A stretch of DNA of 64,000 bases from an uncultured Candidatus Izemoplasmatales bacterium (GTDB lineage: Bacteria > Bacillota_I > Bacilli_A > Izemoplasmatales > Hujiaoplasmataceae). Position 1 is the first letter of the stretch. Each line of letters opens with the position of its first letter. Position numbers and translations under genes: made by a program. The stretch is taken from NCBI GenBank assembly GCA_964557695.1, contig CAZLAQ010000009.1, positions 58 through 64,057 of the forward strand, read 5' to 3'. The notes under the pieces are model-generated. The model did no database searches, was not told the origin of the DNA, and saw only the letters and a program-made list of their open reading frames with translations. Of the stretch, positions 9,234 to 19,170 are shown piece by piece.

Positions 9234-9725
9234 CTATTCCATTATTTGGAAAATCGCCAACACATCCGAAGCGCCTTCGTATGCACTCTCAACAAGGTGG
9301 TTGACCACATGGACAAACGCGGGAGTATGAATGATTGGGATATTTTCGTTGATATCTGCTAAAACATGCGTTTCGATAAGATACACTTTAATGACTGTCA
9401 AATCATCTATTATTGTCAATACTTCCTGTTTGATCGTATTGCAACTGTAACAGGATGGTCCGTAAAAATATAGATAGTAATCATCTTCAACTTGAGATAA
9501 TTGTGTCTCTGCCTCCGTCAAAAAAAGAACTGAAAAATCACTATAGTCGTACAAATCAATAGTTGTATACACCAAATACTGAGATGTAGTAGTTGTATCT
9601 ACCGTCGTCGGTGTTGTAGTAGTTATGACTAACGTTGTTGGTGCTGTAGTGGTTATCTCCTGACAGCCAAATGTAAATACAACCAGGATAACCAAAAACA
9701 TAAGCAATAATCTATTTTTCATCAT
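9234..9725 (-). CDS. Thioredoxin-fold lipoprotein with a CxxC motif and a Thr-rich stalk
   Basis: Signal peptide plus lipobox FTFG|C. Thr-rich linker TTTAPTT..TTTTPTTVDTTTTS. YFYGPSCYSC (CxxC) and a downstream HTPAF cis-Pro-like motif. Confidence 0.7.
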   Translation of the reverse strand: MMKNRLLLMFLVILVVFTFGCQEITTTAPTTLVITTTTPTTVDTTTTSQYLVYTTIDLYDYSDFSVLFLTEAETQLSQVEDDYYLYFYGPSCYSCNTIKQEVLTIIDDLTVIKVYLIETHVLADINENIPIIHTPAFVHVVNHLVESAYEGASDVLAIFQIME

Positions 9726-10326
9726 ACGCGTCCTTCGCTTTTAGTAGCGGAGACACTCTTTTATAGATCAGAATGACCACCACGCTAACCAATGTTACCT
9801 TGATTATATTAAAAGGAACGACACAAAGCAAGATAAACATCTTGAGATTGTTGACATTGGCGTTGATGGCCGTGCCAAAAGCGACGAACTGATCCATGGT
9901 CATGCCAAAGGCATAACCGTATGCCGGCAATAAAACATAAACATTGAGGATAGAAGCAGAAACAACCATTACAACACTTCCGACAAGCAAGCCAATAATC
10001 GCGGTTTTCTTTGTCTTGTGGAGGTGATAGATGAAACTTGCGGGAAGAATAAAGGAAATGCCAATCAAAAAAGAAGCAAGTTCTCCGACTCCTGCAGTCA
10101 TTGTACCTCTTGCGAAATAAAGAATGATTACTTTAACTAGCTCGATCAAAATTCCAGCCAAAGGTCCCAATGAAAATGCACCAATCATCACGACGACTTC
10201 GCTCAAATCGAGTTTATAGAATTCTGGCGCCAAGAAAATGAGAGGAAATTCCAGTAACATCATTATTCCGGCCAACGTTCCCAAAATCGCCACCAACACC
10301 AGATATTTTGTTTTATTAATTTTCAT
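9712..10326 (-). CDS. ribU: ECF transporter S component, riboflavin type
   Basis: Six-TM S-component-like protein immediately downstream of an FMN riboswitch. SD GGGAGGA. Confidence 0.8.
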   Translation of the reverse strand: MKINKTKYLVLVAILGTLAGIMMLLEFPLIFLAPEFYKLDLSEVVVMIGAFSLGPLAGILIELVKVIILYFARGTMTAGVGELASFLIGISFILPASFIYHLHKTKKTAIIGLLVGSVVMVVSASILNVYVLLPAYGYAFGMTMDQFVAFGTAINANVNNLKMFILLCVVPFNIIKVTLVSVVVILIYKRVSPLLKAKDAYDEK

Positions 10327-10351
10327 TTAATGATCCTCCCTAGTCAAGCAA

Positions 10352-10505
10352 AATAAAAAAGCCCAAAATAAATCGGGCCTAAGCAAACAAATCATCACTT
10401 CTTTCATCCAGACTTTACTGTCGGTTTAGGAATTACACCTAATCGTGCCTAAGCTCGCGGACTTTACCGCCGGTAGGGAATCTCACCCTGCCCCGAAGTT
10501 ATACT
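10352..10505 (-). promoter_or_regulatory. FMN riboswitch (RFN element) with terminator expression platform
   Basis: Minus sense reads CTTCGGGGCAGGGTGAGATTCCCTACCGGCGGTAAAGTCCGCGAGC...GGTGTAATTCCTAAACCGACAGTAAAGTCTGGATGAAAGAAG. A GGCCC..GGGCU hairpin plus U7 follows at 10352-10381. Confidence 0.92.
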
Positions 10506-10568
10506 ATTTAATTTTGTATCTTAATTATAAGGTACCAATCGTTTTTTGTCAATTGATAAAGAATAATG

Positions 10569-11225
10569 TCAGTTTGTATCAAGTTTTTTCCCGACCGCTC
10601 TCACCATCGAAGCTTCCAACCCGGATATATTCAAGGGAAGGGCCATGAAGAAAAGTTCATTAGGAACGCTTGCCAAATTGGCTAGACTTTCAACAATCAA
10701 AATGTCTCTACCCAATAGGTCGCGATGAGCAGCTTTATTGTTGTTTCCGGGATATTTGATTGTCGGCAGATCAAGTCCTACTAGCCTGATTGAATTTTTC
10801 TGGAGAAAAATAAAGAATGAAGGTTCAAATGCGGGACACTTGTCGTAAAATTCGCGTTTGCCAAACAAAACATCATGTCCAGAATTAATCAAAAGCACCT
10901 GATGATGGGTAGAAAGTAAATTCCACTTTGATTCGATCTCATTCGTACTAATGATTCCCATAGCGGGAAAAACATTGATTTTACTGGCAAAGCCCATCCA
11001 CTTTTCAAGGGGAATGTCACTGATGCTTTTTCCTTTGCCAATAAAATGCATTGGACTGTCAACATGTGTGCCAAGATGCATCCCCGTCGTGATTTTTGAA
11101 ATCGAGAAGCCGGATTGTTCGTCCTTTTCCAAAAATTCAATTATCAGTGACGGATCACCAAAATATGGCAATGTGTCACTACCGATTTTATGAGTCAAAT
11201 CAATCCATATATCATTCGTTTCCAT
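10569..11225 (-). CDS. Cyclase family protein (arylformamidase-like fold)
   Basis: Motif HLGTHVDSPMH (HxGTHxDxPxH). Start trimmed to METNDIW at 11225, 1 nt after the glgP stop. Confidence 0.7.
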   Translation of the reverse strand: METNDIWIDLTHKIGSDTLPYFGDPSLIIEFLEKDEQSGFSISKITTGMHLGTHVDSPMHFIGKGKSISDIPLEKWMGFASKINVFPAMGIISTNEIESKWNLLSTHHQVLLINSGHDVLFGKREFYDKCPAFEPSFFIFLQKNSIRLVGLDLPTIKYPGNNNKAAHRDLLGRDILIVESLANLASVPNELFFMALPLNISGLEASMVRAVGKKLDTN

Positions 11226-11226
11226 A

Positions 11227-13644
11227 TTAGTTATCTTCTCCCAACACCGGTAATACATGCCAGATGATATCGGCATACTCCATAACAGCTCTGTCTGAAG
11301 AAAAAACTCCACTTTTTGCGATGTTGATAATTGCTTTTCTAGCCCAGCCGGTTCGGTCTTTGTACAACTCATTTGCTTTGGCGTGAGCCAGTTTATAGCT
11401 TTCGCAGTCTTTCAGGACGAAAAAGCGATCTTCATAGACGAGTTTGTTGAAGATTTCCTGAAATTCGTCTGTATGGACATCTTCGAAAAAGCCGTTGATC
11501 AGTTGATTTAGGACTTTCTGCAGCTCCGGTTTTTGGTCATACACTTCTTTGGGACGATAAGATTTTTCCTTCGTAATCCGGTTGACTTCGTCCGCTCTTA
11601 GTCCAAATATGACAATGTTGTCATCACCTACAAGTTCGTGGATTTCGACATTGGCCCCGTCTTCAGTCCCGATTGTAATCGCTCCATTCATCATGAATTT
11701 CATGTTTCCGGTTCCGCTTGCTTCTTTGGAGGCGGTGGAAATTTGTTCCGACAAATCTGCCGAAGGCATGATTATCTCCGCATAGGAAACGTTATAATTT
11801 TCAACGAATACGACTTTGAGATAGTCGGAAGCATCTTCATCATTGTTGACTTTTTTGGCAATCGTGTTGATCAGTTTAATAACTTTTTTGGCAAAATAGT
11901 AAGCGCTGGCTGCCTTAGCACCGAAAATGAAAGTATGCGGAAAATAGTTTTCCCTGAACTTTATGTCGGTTTTCAGTTTTTGGTAAAGATACATGATATG
12001 CAAAGCATTCATGAGCTGGCGCTTGTATTCGTGCAACCTTTTTACTTGAATATCAAACAAAGAATCAGGATTGATCCTTAACCCTTGTTCATGGAAGATC
12101 CGGTTTGCCAAAGCAACTTTTTTCGTCCGTTTCATTGCCAGGATTTTTTTCTGTACTTCAGGATCATCTTGAAAAGCCAAAAAATCATTCATTTTTTCTG
12201 GGTGTTTGATGAAATCATCACCAATCGTATCCTTCAAGATATCAGTAAGTTCAGTATTTGTATGGATTAGCCATCTGCGATGGGTGATTCCGTTTGTCAC
12301 ATTGTGGAACTTTTCCGGAAACAGCTCAAAAAAATCTTTCATCTCGATATTTTTCAAAATCTCGGTATGCAGTTTGGCGACTCCATTCACTGAAGACGCA
12401 GAAATTACACATAGATTTGCCATCCTGACAAGGTTGTTTTTAATGATCGATACACGGTTCGCCAGTTCGTTTTTTTGAATGCCAAATTTGTCTTTCAAGA
12501 AAAGACAAAAACGTCTGTCAATTTCTTCGATCAACTGATATATTCTTGGCAACATCGGCCGGATAATCGACACAGGCCATTTTTCAAGTGCTTCGGATAG
12601 GATGGTATGATTGGTATAAGCTGTAGCTTTTTGGGTAATCGACCAGGCTTCATCCCATTCCATGCCTTCTTCATCCAAAAGGATTCGCATCAACTCAGGG
12701 ATCACAAGCGTAGGATGCGTGTCATTGATATGAAAAATATGTTTGTCGGCGAGATTTTTCAACGTGCCATAAGTTCCCTTATGTTGTCTGAGGACGCTTT
12801 TTACACCAGCGGAACTGAAAAAGTATTGTTGCATGAGTCTTAATCTTTTTCCATCGTCAGTCGTATCGTCGGGATAAAGAAATCCTGAGATTCTCTGCAA
12901 TTCCGCCTCATATTCGAAGGGTTCCTTGTCTTTGGGGTATTTCCTCGAGGGTTCGGCATTCCAAAGGCGAAGTGAATTGACAACTCCGTTTTGATTTCCG
13001 ACAATCGGAACATCATAAGGAACTGCTCTGATATACTCGCTTGGTTTGTATATCATTTTCCCATTAAATTCGACATAGCCAAAATAAGGAATATCTTCTG
13101 CTTCCTCTTCTTTTCTTACTTCCCAGACATAACCGTCCGACAACCAGTTGTCTGGACGTTCTTCCTGATAACCATTTTTAATCTTCTGACGAAAAAGTCC
13201 ATATCTGTATCTGATGCAATGCCCGAATCCGGGGATCCCGAGCGATGCCATCGAATCAAGGTAGCAAGCGGCCAGTCTTCCTAAGCCACCGTTGCCAAGA
13301 CCTGGATCAGGTTCGAAGTTTTCGACTTCATTGAGATCAAGGCCTTCATCAGCGAAAGCTTGATTGACAACATCCCGAACTCCCATATTCATCAGATTGT
13401 TCGTGATTAGCCTTCCCATCAGAAATTCCATCGAGAAATAATGCACTTCTTTAGGTTTCAAAGAAACAAGCGTTTGATTGGTATTGATCCAATCCAAAGC
13501 GATTTCTTCTTTTAGAAGCATTCCGAGAACATTGTAGCGCTCGCGAACACTTGAATGTGGGATATCTTGCATATATGTTCTCTTCAAGCGCTCCTCAAAA
13601 GCCTTTTTAAAGGCAGTTTTGGAACAAAATGTTTTGTAATTCAT
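11227..13644 (-). CDS. glgP: Glycogen/maltodextrin phosphorylase
   Basis: GT35 hallmarks including the PLP-Lys motif EASGTGNMKFMMNGA. ATG at 13644 preceded by GAGGTGAGG. Confidence 0.93.
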   Translation of the reverse strand: MNYKTFCSKTAFKKAFEERLKRTYMQDIPHSSVRERYNVLGMLLKEEIALDWINTNQTLVSLKPKEVHYFSMEFLMGRLITNNLMNMGVRDVVNQAFADEGLDLNEVENFEPDPGLGNGGLGRLAACYLDSMASLGIPGFGHCIRYRYGLFRQKIKNGYQEERPDNWLSDGYVWEVRKEEEAEDIPYFGYVEFNGKMIYKPSEYIRAVPYDVPIVGNQNGVVNSLRLWNAEPSRKYPKDKEPFEYEAELQRISGFLYPDDTTDDGKRLRLMQQYFFSSAGVKSVLRQHKGTYGTLKNLADKHIFHINDTHPTLVIPELMRILLDEEGMEWDEAWSITQKATAYTNHTILSEALEKWPVSIIRPMLPRIYQLIEEIDRRFCLFLKDKFGIQKNELANRVSIIKNNLVRMANLCVISASSVNGVAKLHTEILKNIEMKDFFELFPEKFHNVTNGITHRRWLIHTNTELTDILKDTIGDDFIKHPEKMNDFLAFQDDPEVQKKILAMKRTKKVALANRIFHEQGLRINPDSLFDIQVKRLHEYKRQLMNALHIMYLYQKLKTDIKFRENYFPHTFIFGAKAASAYYFAKKVIKLINTIAKKVNNDEDASDYLKVVFVENYNVSYAEIIMPSADLSEQISTASKEASGTGNMKFMMNGAITIGTEDGANVEIHELVGDDNIVIFGLRADEVNRITKEKSYRPKEVYDQKPELQKVLNQLINGFFEDVHTDEFQEIFNKLVYEDRFFVLKDCESYKLAHAKANELYKDRTGWARKAIINIAKSGVFSSDRAVMEYADIIWHVLPVLGEDN

Positions 13645-13716
13645 TGTCCTCACCTCACAGATGATGCTAGTATCATTGATTTGCATATATTTTTTCACTC
13701 AAAACTGAATCTTATC

Positions 13717-16134
13717 TTAGATGATCATCATCCGATAAAGTTCGATGTATGATTTTGCGCTGTCCTTGAGCCAAAATCGCGAATTCATGGCATTGATGAT
13801 CAACTGATTCCAATCTGGTTTGCTCTTATCATACAGCGAATATGCCTGTGTGATTTGAAAAATAAGATCCCGGAAATCATAGTTGTAAAATTTGAATCCA
13901 TTGCCTCGTTTGGTGATCGAATCAAAATGCTCGATTGTATCATTCAAACCCCCGGTCTGCCTTACAATCGGGATCGTACCATATTTTAGTGCGATCATTT
14001 GTCCGGTCCCGCATGGTTCGTATCTTGAAGGCATCAGGAACACATCGACCCCTGCATAGATGTATCCGGGCTCGGTTGCATTATAGCCGATGTTCAGTGC
14101 AACCTGTTTGGGATGTTTAAGTTTGATCTGTTCCAACCAGGAAACATATTTTCCATCTCCTGCACCCAAGATCACAAACTGGATTTTGTCATTATGCAAT
14201 ACTTCCTCAAGTGCGGGCAGAAGGATATCAAAACCTTTTTGTTCTACAATCCTTGTAACCATTCCCAAGACAAAATATTCGTCTCCTACATTAAGATTCA
14301 TACGCTTTTGCAGTTCTTGCTTGTTGATCTTTTTTGCACCGAAAACATTCATGAGATTGTATTTCTCATGAATCGTCAAATCCTTGTTCGGACCTGTTTC
14401 TTCGCTCAATCCATTCAGGATACCGTAAAAATCGCGTTCACGCTTATTGATGATATCGACAAGGTTTTTGCTGAAGTATTCGAATTTCAATTCTTCCTTG
14501 TATGTTTCAGAAACAGTCGAGATTTTAGTTGCCGTTTGCAAGCCTATTTCCATGAAATTGATCCACTTCTGGTTGCCATTTTCTTTTAATCCGAGTTTTT
14601 CCAAAATATCAGCATCATAAATTCCCTGATATTCGATGTTGTGGATAGTCATCAAGGTTTTAATGTTTTTCAAATGAATGTGTTCTTTCAAAAGCAGCGG
14701 TATAAGCCCCATGTGCCAGTCATGGATGTGGATAATATCGGGCATTTCGTCGAATACATCAAGAAAAGCTAGTGCCGCCTTGGAAAAGAATGCAAAGCGG
14801 TCTCCATCGTCTTTATAGCCATAGATCGCTTCGCGGTCGAAGAAATCATATGATTCGATGAAGTAATAATTGACATTTTGATTGTTATATACATAAAGTG
14901 TTACTTTGTATTTATCATTTCCATAATCAATAATTTGATCAGCTTTAATCTCGATGAATAGTTTATATTTATCTTTTATCCTGGGATAAAGTGGCATCAT
15001 GACATTGCTGGAAATACCGAGAATGCTGTAGTTTTCCGCCAAAGAGCCGACTATATCGGCCAATCCGCCGGTTTTGACAAACGGATTGCATTCGGCAGTG
15101 ATTTGCAAAACTTTAAGATTTTCATCCGAAATCACGACTTGTCTCTTTTCAGATACAAAAAGCTGATTTAAGTTCCCTTTCACCACCGCGTTTTCAACGA
15201 CTCTTGTCTCTTTGTCCAGCAATGCATATTCGATAGTGGCTCCACTCTCGATTACACATTGATTCATGATGATGGAATGACTTACCTTGGCACCTTTCTT
15301 AATAATGGCTTTGCGCCCGATGATCGAATTGACCAATGTGCCTTCAACGATTGCGCCAGAGGCAACGATGCTGTTCTTAACCGAGGCTTCTTTAGAATAT
15401 CTTGACGGGGCAGACATCGTTTCCTTAGAGAGAATCGGTCTGTCCTTGCGGAAAAGTTGTTGTCTGACTTCTGGTAGCAACAGCTGCATGTTGGCTTGGT
15501 ATAATTCAAATGGGCTGTTAATGAAATAGCAGGCTTGTTCAAAATGATACGGATTCTTTTTCAGACTCGTGGAATAATCAAAAACATCTGTGAGATTTCG
15601 GTAAGGAATCGCATCATAATTTTTGATAAAATCCAAAAGCAGGTCTTTGGCAAGCACAAAAGTTCTGATCCGCTTTTGATCCAGAGAAACGACTTCGGTT
15701 ATATCTGCATTTTGGACCAAATGGTCGTGCAACAAGACCTGATAGTCGATGTTCCAAACAAGATTCGCAGGAGAGACAATAACGTATTCCTGGTTGCTTC
15801 TAGTAAAGTATTCAATATGTTCATACATCCTTTGAAAACTGATTGAATCCTCGATTGTCGGATTCAGATTCTTAGGAGGCAGGATGAAAATGCCATCTTT
15901 TCTGCGGTTTAAATCCCATCTGTCTCCTGACCCAATATGGTCTGCCAAGGAACGATAATTACCATATGGGAAAATAGCCACATTGGTAATATGAGAATTT
16001 TTACAGTTTGACAAAGTAAAGTCTATCAAGCGGTATTTCGCCCCAAATGGCAGTGCTCCAGGCATTCTATGCCTTGTGAGTTTGTTAAATCCGCCAACGT
16101 TTGAAGCATCGCACACTAAAAATAGATTAGCCAC
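13717..16134 (-). CDS. glgD-glgA: In-frame fusion of GlgD (non-catalytic ADP-glucose pyrophosphorylase subunit) and GlgA (glycogen synthase)
   Basis: The N-terminal ~339 aa are GlgD-like (LPFGAKYRLIDFTLSNCKNS, left-handed beta-helix tail). From nt 15117 the frame runs on into GlgA (LKVLQITAECNPFVKTGGLADIVG...) with no stop. Start taken as the GTG at 16134 after GGGTGATC; the ATG at 16167 is an alternative. Confidence 0.8.
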   Translation of the reverse strand: MANLFLVCDASNVGGFNKLTRHRMPGALPFGAKYRLIDFTLSNCKNSHITNVAIFPYGNYRSLADHIGSGDRWDLNRRKDGIFILPPKNLNPTIEDSISFQRMYEHIEYFTRSNQEYVIVSPANLVWNIDYQVLLHDHLVQNADITEVVSLDQKRIRTFVLAKDLLLDFIKNYDAIPYRNLTDVFDYSTSLKKNPYHFEQACYFINSPFELYQANMQLLLPEVRQQLFRKDRPILSKETMSAPSRYSKEASVKNSIVASGAIVEGTLVNSIIGRKAIIKKGAKVSHSIIMNQCVIESGATIEYALLDKETRVVENAVVKGNLNQLFVSEKRQVVISDENLKVLQITAECNPFVKTGGLADIVGSLAENYSILGISSNVMMPLYPRIKDKYKLFIEIKADQIIDYGNDKYKVTLYVYNNQNVNYYFIESYDFFDREAIYGYKDDGDRFAFFSKAALAFLDVFDEMPDIIHIHDWHMGLIPLLLKEHIHLKNIKTLMTIHNIEYQGIYDADILEKLGLKENGNQKWINFMEIGLQTATKISTVSETYKEELKFEYFSKNLVDIINKRERDFYGILNGLSEETGPNKDLTIHEKYNLMNVFGAKKINKQELQKRMNLNVGDEYFVLGMVTRIVEQKGFDILLPALEEVLHNDKIQFVILGAGDGKYVSWLEQIKLKHPKQVALNIGYNATEPGYIYAGVDVFLMPSRYEPCGTGQMIALKYGTIPIVRQTGGLNDTIEHFDSITKRGNGFKFYNYDFRDLIFQITQAYSLYDKSKPDWNQLIINAMNSRFWLKDSAKSYIELYRMMII

Positions 16135-17263
16135 TTCGATCACCCAATCTTTCCAGATTGTCTTCATCAAGCAAAGTGATTTTATCGGCTTCCAAGCGAT
16201 AATTTTCAGGAATGAAAGTGTTCCTGTTAACAATGAGGTTTTTGATTGACGCCCCTTTTGAGACAACTACTCCAGGCAAGAGCACGCAATTCTCGACACA
16301 AGCAGTTTTCTCGATCACAGTTTCATATCCGGCGCTAGAATGGATTAGCCTGCCATTGATTATTGAACCATCAGCAATGATGCTGTCTTTGACAAAGGCG
16401 TTTTCAAGGCAGATATGTGGGGGTAAATTTAGGGATTTAGAATATACCGGTAAGTTTTTGGACAGATTTAAAGTCAAAAAATCAATATCATCAAGCATAT
16501 CCATGTTAGCCTGGAAGAGCGATTCTACTGCGCCAACATCTTTCCAATACCCATCAAACACGTAGGCGCTTACCTGCTTTTTTTGTCTGATACTCTTGGG
16601 AATAATGTTCTTCCCAAAATCGACCTCATCTTCAGCGCTGGCGCCTGATAGAAGCGCCTCCAGGGTATCGGTATTGAAAAGGTACAGCCCCATTGAGGCC
16701 AAGTTACTTTTTGGATTGTCAGGCTTTTCTTCGAAGCCGACAACATATCCCTTTTCATCTAATTCCAAAATTCCAAATCTCGATGCTTCTTCTTGAGAGA
16801 TTTTTGTAGCAGCAATCGTGATTTCGGCATTATGCGTCAGATGGTGTTCAAATAGTTTCTGGTAATCCATTTTATAAACCTGATCCCCGGAAAGAATCAA
16901 AACATAGTCTGCCTCATTTTCTTTGACGAATCGAAAATATTGTTTGATGGCATGCGCAGTCCCTTTTTGCCATAAAACACCTCCGCTCCTTGCATATGGA
17001 GTCAGGAAACTGATTCCACCATCGGTCACGTCAAGATCCCAAGAAGCTCCAGAACCGATATAATTCATCAAATCATAGGGTTCGTACTGGGTTACAACCC
17101 CGACAACATCGATATTGCTGTTGGTGATATTCGATAGCGTAAAATCGATTAGCCTGTATTTCGCACCAAAAGACACAGCAGGCTTGGCTGTGTCTTTGGT
17201 GATTTCTTGCAGTCTTGATCCCGCTCCGCCGACCAAAATCATAGCTATCAATGTTTTTTTCAT
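16127..17263 (-). CDS. glgC: Glucose-1-phosphate adenylyltransferase
   Basis: N-terminus MILVGGAGSRL and FGAKYRLIDFTLSN. ATG at 17263 lies just after the glgB stop. Confidence 0.92.
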   Translation of the reverse strand: MKKTLIAMILVGGAGSRLQEITKDTAKPAVSFGAKYRLIDFTLSNITNSNIDVVGVVTQYEPYDLMNYIGSGASWDLDVTDGGISFLTPYARSGGVLWQKGTAHAIKQYFRFVKENEADYVLILSGDQVYKMDYQKLFEHHLTHNAEITIAATKISQEEASRFGILELDEKGYVVGFEEKPDNPKSNLASMGLYLFNTDTLEALLSGASAEDEVDFGKNIIPKSIRQKKQVSAYVFDGYWKDVGAVESLFQANMDMLDDIDFLTLNLSKNLPVYSKSLNLPPHICLENAFVKDSIIADGSIINGRLIHSSAGYETVIEKTACVENCVLLPGVVVSKGASIKNLIVNRNTFIPENYRLEADKITLLDEDNLERLGDRSG

Positions 17264-17267
17264 AAAA

Positions 17268-19169
17268 TCATTCCTTCTGATTATCTTGGTCAAATAAATC
17301 TTGATGGGGCATACTTTGAAAAATAGTAACGGATAGTGGCGCAACTTTTATTTCGATCGTATCAGTGAATCCGTGATTGTTCTCCCTGAAAGATACGATG
17401 GGGAGACCATTGAAGATATTCGACCCACCATAGATTTCCTTGTCGCTGTTAAGTATTTCTTCATATCTTCCGGCTTTGGGAACTCCGAGTTTGAATAAAT
17501 CATAGGTGTTTGGTGTCATGTTTAGTACTACGACGCAAAAATTGGTGTCATCAAGCGCATAGCGAACAAATGAGAAAACTGATTGGCTGCTATTTGTCTG
17601 GTCAATCCAGCGAAAGCCTCTTTGGTCGTGGTCAAGCTCAAAAAGGGGCAAATGGTGATTGTATACTTGAATCAAATCTCTAATAAAGAGGTTAGCGCGC
17701 TCATGCAAGGGATATTCCAACAAGAACCAATCCAGTTCTTCATTGTCCTTCCATTCGTGCATTTGAGCGAATTCTCCCCCCATGAATAACAACTTTTTCC
17801 CGGGATGGGTAAACAATAATCCCATCAAAAGCCGATAATTGGCAAACTTTTGCCAATAATCTCCTGGCATCTTGGATACCAGCGATTTTTTTCCATGAAC
17901 AACTTCGTCATGCGAAAGTGGCAAAATGAAACGTTCCGAATAGGCATAAATCATGCTAAACGTAATCAAGTCGTGATGGTACTTTCTGTAGATTGGATCT
18001 TTTTCAAAGTATCGCATTGTGTCGTTCATCCAGCCCATGTTCCACTTATAATCGAAGCCTACCCCTCCCTCAATAACCGAAGTCGTAAGTTTTGGATAAG
18101 TTGTCGAGTCTTCTGCGAACAGCAGGACGGAATGGTCATATTCCTTGACTGCGAAAGAAAGGTTCTTCAAAAACTCGACGGCAGGAAAATTGGTTCCGAT
18201 TGAAGAATTTCCAAGGAAATACAAGATATTTGAAACAGCATCAATCCGGAATCCATCCAGATGAAAGTAACGGATCCAGAATTGCGCATTGGAAATCAGA
18301 AAACTTTTGGTTACGCCTTTGCCAAGATCAAGGTTGACTGTTCCCCAGACAACATTCTCTCTGATAGTCATATCGTTGTATTCGTATAAAGGCTCACCGT
18401 CAAACATATAGAGTCCATGAGCGTCCTTGCAGATATGCCCCGGAACCCAGTCCATGATTACACCGATATTTTCCTTATGGCACATGTCAATAAAATACAT
18501 CAGATCTTTTGGCACACCGTATCTTGCCGTCGCGCTATAATATCCAGTCCCTTGATATCCCCAGGATTCATCAAGCGGATGTTCGATGATCGGCATGATC
18601 TCGATATGGGAGAATCCATGCGCTTTGACGTAAGGAATCAGATAATTGACCAATTCATTGTATTTATGAAATGACCCATCCGGTTTGGTCATCCATGAAC
18701 CCAAATGGACTTCATAGATGGACATCTTTCCCATGTAAGGATTACTGGATTTGCGTCGGGAGAGATATGCTCCATCTGACCAGTCATAGCCTTCGATATC
18801 GTAGACTTTTGAAGAAGTCTCTGGACGATTATCCGAATAATATGCATATGGATCAGCTTTGAAGATGGTTTGTCCATAACTTGTGACGATGCAGTATTTG
18901 TATCTAGTCCATTCTGCAAGATCAGAAACGAATATTGAATAGATGCCGGATTCATCGATTTTTTCCATCACGCTCGTCCGGGAATCCCAGTAATTGAAAT
19001 CGCCTACGACCGAAACTATTTTTGCATGCGGTGCGTAAACAGTAAATCTTACGCCCAGCACCTGATTCAAATCGTCTTTTATCAAATGCGATCCAAAATG
19101 TTTGTAGGCCTCTGTCAGTTTGCCTTCGTTGAATAAGAAAAGATCAAGTTCCGACATGCGATAATCCAT
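17268..19169 (-). CDS. glgB: 1,4-alpha-glucan branching enzyme
   Basis: GH13 branching-enzyme layout (DWVPGH, GFRIDAV, FAEDST, SHDEV). 633 aa. Confidence 0.92.
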   Translation of the reverse strand: MDYRMSELDLFLFNEGKLTEAYKHFGSHLIKDDLNQVLGVRFTVYAPHAKIVSVVGDFNYWDSRTSVMEKIDESGIYSIFVSDLAEWTRYKYCIVTSYGQTIFKADPYAYYSDNRPETSSKVYDIEGYDWSDGAYLSRRKSSNPYMGKMSIYEVHLGSWMTKPDGSFHKYNELVNYLIPYVKAHGFSHIEIMPIIEHPLDESWGYQGTGYYSATARYGVPKDLMYFIDMCHKENIGVIMDWVPGHICKDAHGLYMFDGEPLYEYNDMTIRENVVWGTVNLDLGKGVTKSFLISNAQFWIRYFHLDGFRIDAVSNILYFLGNSSIGTNFPAVEFLKNLSFAVKEYDHSVLLFAEDSTTYPKLTTSVIEGGVGFDYKWNMGWMNDTMRYFEKDPIYRKYHHDLITFSMIYAYSERFILPLSHDEVVHGKKSLVSKMPGDYWQKFANYRLLMGLLFTHPGKKLLFMGGEFAQMHEWKDNEELDWFLLEYPLHERANLFIRDLIQVYNHHLPLFELDHDQRGFRWIDQTNSSQSVFSFVRYALDDTNFCVVVLNMTPNTYDLFKLGVPKAGRYEEILNSDKEIYGGSNIFNGLPIVSFRENNHGFTDTIEIKVAPLSVTIFQSMPHQDLFDQDNQKE

Positions 19170-19170
19170 C

